From: an uncultured virus (IMG/VR IMGVR_UViG_3300011334_000503)
Taxonomy: Duplodnaviria > Heunggongvirae > Uroviricota > Caudoviricetes
Strand: one strand, 5' to 3'
IMG/VR virus record: IMGVR_UViG_3300011334_000503
DNA length: 64,000 nucleotides
A program made the translations under genes and the position numbers. The notes beneath the pieces are model-generated. The model was not told the origin of the DNA. It did not search any database and was given only the letters and a program-made list of their open reading frames with translations. Each line of letters begins with the position of its first letter. Positions within the stretch are counted from its first letter, which is position 1. Positions 57,368 through 64,000 of the stretch are shown here, one piece after another.

Positions 57368-57688
57368 CTATTTGAAGAACTCGGCCAACTTAACTCTTAA
57401 CTCCTGAACGTCGTCATCGTCTAGTCCTGTCTTTTTAATAAGATTCCTCATGTGATCCATCATTACGTTGAATACTTCGTCAACTTTACCGCTGCCTTCC
57501 ATTAGTTCTTCATCTGGACCCAAAGGATCGTTCTCTCCGTCCTGAGGATTAAGATCAAAATCTTCTGCGCTTTGGTAATCGTAATCGTCATCCTCAAGCA
57601 TCTTTTCTGGTTGGGTATAGTTACCATAACCACTAGTTTCTTTTAGAAGAGGATTATTCTTGAGGTATTTATTGAAATTAAATTCCAT
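57368..57688 (-). CDS. Acidic hypothetical protein with FNFNKYL..NPLLKE leader
   Basis: Start re-called to ATG 57688; leader resembles that of upstream gene. Confidence 0.65.
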   Translation of the reverse strand: MEFNFNKYLKNNPLLKETSGYGNYTQPEKMLEDDDYDYQSAEDFDLNPQDGENDPLGPDEELMEGSGKVDEVFNVMMDHMRNLIKKTGLDDDDVQELRVKLAEFFK

Positions 57689-57698
57689 AGTTTTTGTT

Positions 57699-58454
57699 TT
57701 ATCTGCATTTAGACATGCTAGCAGCTGTTCTGTTTCCTTCGTCGTCAACTCTATAGCACTTACCGTTGATTAATTGGTAACTAGATTCGTATTCATTTAT
57801 TTGACTTTCGAAATTTTTTCCTTTAGCAGCTGCTTCTGAATGAGCATCAATAAACATCTTACACATTTCTAATACGTCTTCTGGTTCGAATCCATCGTCA
57901 AGCAAAAACATAATGCCCTTTTCGATCTGATCTCCACCCAAATCAAACATCCTGTCAAAGTCTCCGCTATCAACAGGACTAGCGGCATCTCTTTGAGCTT
58001 GAGCGAAAGAATCGTCAGCGTAGACGTTCTCTGGCTTTTCTAATTCGTTAGTGATAGCGGGACCACTTTTTGCATCATACTTTCCGTCGTACTGCTCACC
58101 GTCTGGTTCGCCTTCGCTCATCTCACCGTTAAGAAGTTCAGGATAATAATGCGCAATAGACTCTTCGTCCATGTCATAGAATTCGCTTCTAAGATAACCA
58201 AGAATGTCTTCCTTTCTACCAGTAACTTCGTAAGTACCAGGATTTTCTGTCTCTTTTACTTGGATATTAAAATCAGCAAATGATCTTTGCGCGTATGTAT
58301 CCATTGCAGGATCCCATGACATATCAAGTTCAATAGTCATCATGTCGCTCTCCTCTTCTCTTAGAGGCATAAGATCAACGTAACCGCCGATGCTTTCGTT
58401 AAGCAGTTTGTTTCCGTGGCGTAGATAGCCTTTTAAATCGAAATTATCTTGCAT
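57699..58454 (-). CDS. Acidic hypothetical protein with FDLKGYL..NKLLNE leader
   Basis: ORF track; ATATTTAT upstream. Confidence 0.7.
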   Translation of the reverse strand: MQDNFDLKGYLRHGNKLLNESIGGYVDLMPLREEESDMMTIELDMSWDPAMDTYAQRSFADFNIQVKETENPGTYEVTGRKEDILGYLRSEFYDMDEESIAHYYPELLNGEMSEGEPDGEQYDGKYDAKSGPAITNELEKPENVYADDSFAQAQRDAASPVDSGDFDRMFDLGGDQIEKGIMFLLDDGFEPEDVLEMCKMFIDAHSEAAAKGKNFESQINEYESSYQLINGKCYRVDDEGNRTAASMSKCR

Positions 58455-58534
58455 TGCTTTATTTTTTGGTTATAAATATGCGTTCGGTAAGAACAAAAAT
58501 CCCCCAGTTGGGGCCCTATACACGTATATACACA

Positions 58535-59026
58535 CTACCTTATGGTGAGCAGTTGACCGAGCTCCTCGATCACTTTAACAGCGTCAGCCGATTTGATCTC
58601 AAACCCTTCACGACGTGGATTGACCCTGTACCCCATAAGTTCTAGCCTTTCGTGCACCGCTTGTTCAAGGATCCTAGAGTTCAAACACTTATACTTGTAA
58701 ACAGGAATCCAAGGAGTAATGACGCCTGTGGCCGAGTTGATCTCTTTAACTCGTTGGTTAACGCTAGTCGTAGTCATGCCAATCTTGCAGATCCCAGGTA
58801 TTCCCTTGTTGACGAGAACGTAGACAAATTCAGGCTTATGAACCGAATCAGTAGGATCCATGATACCTTCTTGATAATAAGTAACATCGTCCCAGCCCTC
58901 AAATTCGGGATCTTGACTCGGAGTAAACGTAAACGCTACGGCCTTGCGACAGCAGTTAGGATCTCCAGATTGGATCTTTACGTACCTATATGTCTCTTCT
59001 TGAGTTATCCTTTTCATCGGTTCCAT
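58535..59026 (-). CDS. T5orf172-type GIY-YIG domain protein
   Basis: FVYVL.N...PG.CKIGMT....QR..E......E..VH..L...R...REGF. Confidence 0.8.
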   Translation of the reverse strand: MEPMKRITQEETYRYVKIQSGDPNCCRKAVAFTFTPSQDPEFEGWDDVTYYQEGIMDPTDSVHKPEFVYVLVNKGIPGICKIGMTTTSVNQRVKEINSATGVITPWIPVYKYKCLNSRILEQAVHERLELMGYRVNPRREGFEIKSADAVKVIEELGQLLTIR

Positions 59027-59032
59027 AATAGA

Positions 59033-59317
59033 TTATTTAGAGAACAAAGTCTTGATAGCTAACCAAAGCAAAGCAAAAGGAGCAGCAAAAACGGCAGATA
59101 GGGCAAGAGCAGCTATGTGGATTACGTAGCCGCAGATAAAGAAGCCAGCGCTAAAACCAACGACCTTTCCGCCAAGGCTCACATCGAACGGCATGATAAG
59201 AAACCCAAGGATAAACGCGGCCAAGAGAATCATGGCCAGACCAGCAAGGATCCTAAAGAATTTAACGGTCAAAAAACCGATAGCGAGGCAGACCAAGATA
59301 AAGATAACGTACGACAT
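59033..59317 (-). CDS. Small multi-pass membrane protein
   Basis: Almost entirely hydrophobic; AAAGTT-ATG start at 59317. Confidence 0.65.
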   Translation of the reverse strand: MSYVIFILVCLAIGFLTVKFFRILAGLAMILLAAFILGFLIMPFDVSLGGKVVGFSAGFFICGYVIHIAALALSAVFAAPFALLWLAIKTLFSK

Positions 59318-59603
59318 AACTTTAATTTTTAGACTCAAAAGACCCACAACAATCGGCCTGCTGCATCCGGCTAACCAGGTCAGATCAGGACCCGACTGTT
59401 GTGTATAATCTTAAGAGAGAGTTTTAGTAGCCCAAAACAGCTCGGGTGACTTAGACGGCTTGAGAGTAGGTGAGCGCTTGGTAATACATACCTTTTTCTG
59501 TGAAAGGATTAGAATACAGGTTCCATCCTCGTGATAGTCGTTGGTTAACCTGTTCTGCTAGTTCTTGCGCGTTTGAGGCGCTTAGGATTGCGTACTGCAT
59601 ATA

Positions 59604-59786
59604 CTATTTGTTTTTGGTGATTGATTCGATTCTTTCGGTCTTGATCCAGGCTGTTAGGATCCATATAGCGCATGCTAGAGGCCAAGACCAGGCCGAAAAG
59701 CCCGACTGAAACGTGAAGACTGCTGCTGTGATAGAGCTAACAAGACCGAGAACGAAAAACGTCCTTTCTAGATTGATCATTTTCAT
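59604..59786 (-). CDS. Small two-TM membrane protein
   Basis: Two hydrophobic helices; AAAGTT-ATG start. Confidence 0.6.
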   Translation of the reverse strand: MKMINLERTFFVLGLVSSITAAVFTFQSGFSAWSWPLACAIWILTAWIKTERIESITKNK

Positions 59787-59808
59787 AACTTTCGTATTTT
59801 AGGTAAAT

Positions 59809-60072
59809 TTACTGCTTTTTTTCTAATTCTGAAAGTTGATCTTTGTAGTGAGCTATGGACTCAGAGTAACTGGCTAGCCCCTGACGCATGACCTTAAGGT
59901 CACTTTTAAGGTCGACGATCTGCTCCTCTTGCAAATTGACTAGTCGTTTTAGGTGGTTGATGATCTCGTCCCGATCTTTGATTGCCTCTTTGTAAAGTGC
60001 GATTAGGTCTGACTGAGTGGCGATTAGACTGACCATTGCCTCTTGCGTTTCTGCTTTGAATAGGTTAAACAT
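59809..60072 (-). CDS. Coiled-coil hypothetical protein
   Basis: ORF track. Confidence 0.6.
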   Translation of the reverse strand: MFNLFKAETQEAMVSLIATQSDLIALYKEAIKDRDEIINHLKRLVNLQEEQIVDLKSDLKVMRQGLASYSESIAHYKDQLSELEKKQ

Positions 60073-60098
60073 ATTTCTGTATTTACTTTTTTGACAGG

Positions 60099-60341
60099 TT
60101 AGAAATTTTTCTCGGGGTTTAAGAACAGATCGAAGTACGCGTGATCGAAAGCTGAGGCCAGGTCCGTGCCTTTGATGTATATATTTTTAACCTCGTACAG
60201 ATACTCGTCCAGAATTCCGTCGTACTTTGCGCGTGTAAGGTATTCCATCAATTGCTTGAATTCGTTGTAGTCCAGGACTTCCGAGATTTCGTTCAGACTT
60301 ATAGCGAGAAAGGTGAGGTCGTTTGTAAGATCCGTATTCAT
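60099..60341 (-). CDS. Hypothetical protein (tandem paralogue B)
   Basis: Start re-called to MNTDL; weak similarity to neighbour. Confidence 0.55.
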   Translation of the reverse strand: MNTDLTNDLTFLAISLNEISEVLDYNEFKQLMEYLTRAKYDGILDEYLYEVKNIYIKGTDLASAFDHAYFDLFLNPEKNF

Positions 60342-60351
60342 TGTATTTTTT

Positions 60352-60576
60352 TTAATAAAGGTCTCCTGGTTCTTCTGCAATTACTTCGTTCTCGTAGGCA
60401 CAAAAGAGAGCAGCTTGCATAGGGTGTCCAATGTTGATGTAAAACTGTATCTTGTCTAGGTACGCATAGAGTCTGTTTATTTTCTGTGCTTCTGGTAAAG
60501 TTTCTAGAAAGGATTGGAAGTCTTCGGGAGTAACATTGTTCTCTATGATTTTTAGTAGTGGAATCAAATCTGTCAT
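60352..60576 (-). CDS. Hypothetical protein (tandem paralogue A)
   Basis: Start re-called to MTDLIP. Confidence 0.55.
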   Translation of the reverse strand: MTDLIPLLKIIENNVTPEDFQSFLETLPEAQKINRLYAYLDKIQFYINIGHPMQAALFCAYENEVIAEEPGDLY

Positions 60577-60741
60577 GTGTAAATTTGTAAATATGTTTTT
60601 GATTAGGTGAAATTTTTCTGGGAGTTGGCGACGGACCAAAGCATAGGGCCCCGGCCCCTGGCCCTTCCTGGCTCCGAAAACTAATGCTTTGGCAGGGAGC
60701 TAGCGCACCGCTAGTGGTACGCCAGCACCTTGCCGCCGCTC

Positions 60742-61548
60742 TTAGTTCGCGTAGGCGTCTGCTAATGTCCAGAGACCTTGGTTGAGGGTCATGTCCTGTA
60801 TAGGATTGGTGATCGGCCTAGCTGTTCTGTTGTTCATCTGGAATCCTCCTTTGATCAGATTCTCTTGGACTCGGTTGAAGACGTGCCACAACGTATTGCT
60901 GTCATCCTCTCTGCGTCGTGAAGACAGGATCTCGTTGATCTCGTAGTCTTCGGCTTGGCGATCGGTGTTGAGTCGCATCGCTAATGCCTCGATAGCGAAG
61001 GCGGACCGCTGTCCTGCTGTCATCTCTATTCCGTTCCACCTAGAGATCTTGCCTACTACTGAGCTCATGCCTTCGATCTTCTCAGAGATAAGGTCCTTTA
61101 CGGATTGGAAGTCCAGCTTTGTGTGGCGCTCTCTGAATCCTCCGAAGTCTTGGTCCTTGATCATGAGGCCGTTGGAACATACTAACCTAAACATTCCCAT
61201 CTCGAACTTGATCGGCATTACGCCGTCGTGGGAGTTAACCAAGATCACGGTTGGCTTGGCTTCTAGCTTACCGTCAGAACCCTTGACAGACAATTCTGGG
61301 TGCTGGAACTGTACGATGTGCGTACCGAAGTCCTTTCTGAGGTCGCTCTTTGTGGCTGACTGCTTAGCATCTGTGAGGACAAAGCCGAGGTCGTTCATGT
61401 GGCTGATGACTTCGGTTGTCGGTGTGAACTTGTAGCGGTTTAAATTGATGTGCGCTGCGGGTCTGGTGGCTGCGATGGCTGGTGCCTTTTCGATTGCTTC
61501 TTCGAGGCTGAGTACGCGGCTAGTGTTGAAGGTGCTAATGTTGTTCAT
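60742..61548 (-). CDS. DUF932/DUF945-family protein
   Basis: ILVNSHDG, GMFRLVCSNGL, LW.VFNRVQENLIKGG, LN..LW.LA. Confidence 0.85.
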   Translation of the reverse strand: MNNISTFNTSRVLSLEEAIEKAPAIAATRPAAHINLNRYKFTPTTEVISHMNDLGFVLTDAKQSATKSDLRKDFGTHIVQFQHPELSVKGSDGKLEAKPTVILVNSHDGVMPIKFEMGMFRLVCSNGLMIKDQDFGGFRERHTKLDFQSVKDLISEKIEGMSSVVGKISRWNGIEMTAGQRSAFAIEALAMRLNTDRQAEDYEINEILSSRRREDDSNTLWHVFNRVQENLIKGGFQMNNRTARPITNPIQDMTLNQGLWTLADAYAN

Positions 61549-61635
61549 AACTTTTATTTTTTGTTCTATGTAAATATAATCGTTTCTGGTGATCTGGTAA
61601 AACTTTTCTTAAAGTATTTTAGAAAGTTTTTATTG

Positions 61636-61854
61636 TCAACCAACGGGTTGTGTCAGGTTGGTTAATACCTGATGGAGGTACTCTACTTCCAGACTTTCTT
61701 TACAGTACTGCTCTTCCATCCACTTGGCGTTCTTGTGGGTGGAGTCTTCTCCAAATAGTCTGATCATCTCCTCGATCCTCTGGAGTCTGGTATCAAGTGC
61801 TGTTCTGAGAAGCTCGATCTGACGGTCGTTAAGTTCTAAGTTGTGGTAAGTCAT
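61636..61854 (-). CDS. Hypothetical early protein
   Basis: Start re-called to ATG 61854 downstream of promoter-like box. Confidence 0.55.
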   Translation of the reverse strand: MTYHNLELNDRQIELLRTALDTRLQRIEEMIRLFGEDSTHKNAKWMEEQYCKESLEVEYLHQVLTNLTQPVG

Positions 61855-62240
61855 GCTCTTATTGTTTGGTAACAGGGTAAAAGTACCCCTTTCTGGTGAC
61901 AATATATAGTACTAGAGCAAGTATTTTTAGAAGTTTTTAGTTTGTCTAATCCTGGAATCCTGGGCTGAGGGTCATCTAACCAGGTCCCCTGGGGCTGAAT
62001 GGGGTTTAGCCTCCAGACCTGCATTGGCTTCTATTGGAAATCAGCGCGTTATGAAACTACAATACCCCTGCGTCTTGGCATGGGGTGCAACTGGGGGGTG
62101 AGATATGTTTACTTTCGCGTCTGGCTTTAGAGAGGATCCAGCGGCTCTGACCTTTATTCTTTAGTATTCGTCTCTTCGTCCCTTGTTATTGCTCCGTCCA
62201 GCGGTGCAGGGAATGTCACTCCTACTGTCAATAAATATCT

Positions 62241-62297
62241 GAAAAAAGAAAAGGAGGCGGGGACTGAAAGAATCTGTTACCAAACCCAGTCCCCGCT
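62241..62297 (-). terminator. Strong hairpin/terminator after HTH gene
   Basis: GCGGGGACTG/CAGTCCCCGC 10-bp stem, T-rich tail on minus strand. Confidence 0.65.
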
Positions 62298-62314
62298 TAC
62301 CTTAGGGTGAAGGC

Positions 62315-62566
62315 TTAGTTCATTACTGAATCAAGCTTCTTGACGTTAGAGATACGACCGCGGGTCATATCGTAGGCCTTGTTCAGGATAACGTCGTTAA
62401 AATACTTACCACTTACTACGTCAGAGACGTGTGTAGCTGAATACCCGGTTGCTTCTGACACGCGAGTGATATCGCCTGTACGGAGTTTACGGTTGATCCT
62501 AGCGGCTTTCTGAATGTAGGTCAGCTTAGTGTAAGAGCTTGGCCTGCTTGAGTTTGATGTTTGCAT
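62315..62566 (-). CDS. Small HTH DNA-binding protein
   Basis: GDITRVSEATGYSATHVSDVVSG helix-turn-helix pattern. Confidence 0.7.
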   Translation of the reverse strand: MQTSNSSRPSSYTKLTYIQKAARINRKLRTGDITRVSEATGYSATHVSDVVSGKYFNDVILNKAYDMTRGRISNVKKLDSVMN

Positions 62567-62898
62567 GTAACCTGTTTTTGTTGTTTGTTATTTAATTAAC
62601 CTATGTAAATATACGACTTATTTGCTTCTGTATTGTTGCTTATGTTTTCGGTACGTATCTTTTTTTCACTTTTTTCTTTTATTTTTTTGTTTCGTTGCGA
62701 TAGCAGGTTGTATTGTACTAAGAACGTTTATTTTTTTGTTTAGGTGGGTTTACAGGTTTACTGTTACCCCGTTATTTTATTTTTTTCTTGCGAGTATTCC
62801 CCCCCTTAGGGACGTTATAAAAAGGGACCCGCTTTCTTCGTTGCTATACGGTTTTCTTACCCACTCGGTCATCGTGTCATATACCACCGTTTTCTTTG

Positions 62899-63084
62899 TC
62901 AAGGTGTCATAGAGGGGATTGCCGCTTTTGTCACTATCTGTATGTCACCTTGTCCTATCAGGTAGCCTTGTATAAAGCCATTGATCCAAAACTGTTTGTC
63001 GTACTCGTCGCAGTGGTGACACCCCTCCCACGTTTCTTCTGCCAGTTTTCTTATCTCTTCTAGCGTGAGTTCTTTCTTTTGCAT
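62899..63084 (-). CDS. Small hypothetical protein
   Basis: ORF track; coupled to gcvH; CHHC. Confidence 0.55.
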   Translation of the reverse strand: MQKKELTLEEIRKLAEETWEGCHHCDEYDKQFWINGFIQGYLIGQGDIQIVTKAAIPSMTP

Positions 63085-63085
63085 G

Positions 63086-63469
63086 TTAGTATCCTACTAG
63101 GGCTTTGTATTGTTCTGCTGTTAGTAGATCCTTTGTTTCTTCTTTGTTCTCTATCTGCACCTTTACCATCCAACCTTGACCGTAAGGATCTGTATTCACT
63201 AGTTCTGGACTTGTATCCATTAGGGGATTTGTTTCTGGTATCCTTGCTGATATTGGCATGAACAGGTCTGATACTGTCTTTACTGCTTCCACTGTTCCGA
63301 AGGTTGTGTCTTTGGTTATCTCCTTGGTTGATGGTTTCTCTGTCTCTACGTATATTATGTCTCCCAGTTCGGACTGTGCAAACTCTGTTATTCCTATTGT
63401 GGCTTTGTCCTCCTCTATTAGGATCCACTCGTGTTCTTTTGTGTATCTAAGAGTCTCGGGAAATGTCAT
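63086..63469 (-). CDS. gcvH: Glycine cleavage system H protein (lipoyl carrier)
   Basis: LRYTKEHEWI, IGITEFAQSELGDIIYVE, VEAVKTVSD (lipoyl Lys), PELVNTDPYGQGW. Confidence 0.92.
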   Translation of the reverse strand: MTFPETLRYTKEHEWILIEEDKATIGITEFAQSELGDIIYVETEKPSTKEITKDTTFGTVEAVKTVSDLFMPISARIPETNPLMDTSPELVNTDPYGQGWMVKVQIENKEETKDLLTAEQYKALVGY

Positions 63470-63687
63470 TGGTTATTTGTATTAAAGGTTTCAAGGTAGT
63501 ATTCTTCTGCCGTTAACGCTCTACCTAAAAATGTAGGTAGGTTTCCGTGTTTCCATGATTCTATTATCTGCTCCTTGAATACGAGTTTTGCATCTTCTAA
63601 TATTTGGTTAGGATCACACTCTACTGTACCCATTAGACATTTTCTTAAAGCTTGATCGTAAAATTCTACTGCTGTTTGGTGTGTCAT
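63466..63687 (-). CDS. Small hypothetical protein
   Basis: QTAVE...AEEYY.ETF pattern; coupled to gcvH. Confidence 0.6.
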   Translation of the reverse strand: MTHQTAVEFYDQALRKCLMGTVECDPNQILEDAKLVFKEQIIESWKHGNLPTFLGRALTAEEYYLETFNTNNQ

Positions 63688-63688
63688 A

Positions 63689-63907
63689 TTATAGTTTTTC
63701 TATTTCTTTTTGTACTTGTTGCCAATATTTTACCCTTGCTTCAATTACATCCATTGAAACTGATGGTTCTATGTTTGCTATTATCTCATTCACTGCTATC
63801 AATGCACATTTCTTTTTATGTTCCCAATTCTCTTTACCGTATACCCAACCGTCTGTCAATGTAATATATTTATGGACTAACTCCTGTGCTTTTTCTTTTG
63901 GTGCCAT
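63689..63907 (-). CDS. Small hypothetical protein
   Basis: PKEKA.EL...K.CALIAV.EII...YWQ.V..EIEKL pattern. Confidence 0.6.
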   Translation of the reverse strand: MAPKEKAQELVHKYITLTDGWVYGKENWEHKKKCALIAVNEIIANIEPSVSMDVIEARVKYWQQVQKEIEKL

Positions 63908-64000
63908 AGTTATTTGTTTTTAACTGATTGAATTAGTTTTTTCAAGCATTCAAGTTGGGCTTGTTCAATAGATAAATTTCTATCATATTCAATAAACCTA

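Noticed and set aside
1..64000. Stop-codon reassignment as in some large phages
   Set aside because: Core genes are full length in the standard code, and TAA, TAG and TGA all end genes at sensible positions; no suppressor tRNA seen
1..64000. CRISPR array, diversity-generating retroelement, integrase or IS element
   Set aside because: No regularly spaced repeats, reverse transcriptase, transposase or integrase motifs were recognised

Overview
A 64 kb segment of a large, AT-rich T4-like (myovirus, probably jumbo) phage genome using the standard genetic code. The host is most likely Bacteroidota: there are no obvious Shine-Dalgarno motifs, A-rich AAAGTT-ATG starts recur, TAnnTTT(G/A) promoter boxes are present and one signal peptide follows the Bacteroidota Q-rule. 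1-31 kb (minus strand) holds neck, PhoH, major capsid, scaffold, prohead protease, portal, large terminase, a spanin-like pair, a GH19 endolysin, a long cluster of proteins carrying L/I-x-E protease-type sites, a fused Mre11-Rad50 and primase. 31-52 kb (plus strand) holds a gp55-like sigma factor, baseplate/tail genes and a tail protein with a mucin-like Thr tract followed directly by three glycosyltransferases (GT96/GT95-like, GT6 ABO-like, GT-A). 52-64 kb (minus strand) holds a possible DNA-modification/glycosylase cassette, a tRNA/ncRNA cluster with aberrant tRNA-like RNAs, and small early genes including gcvH. Best candidates for new biology: (1) a phage-encoded mucin-type O-glycosylation cassette inserted into a tail gene, (2) a three-domain nucleotidyltransferase/RNA-ligase-like polyprotein among putative capsid-packaged cargo proteins, (3) a giant tRNA-Asp-like RNA plus truncated tRNA mimics, (4) a late-promoter motif that is the reverse complement of the T4 late promoter. 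All family assignments come from motif recognition by eye and need HMM or structure confirmation.
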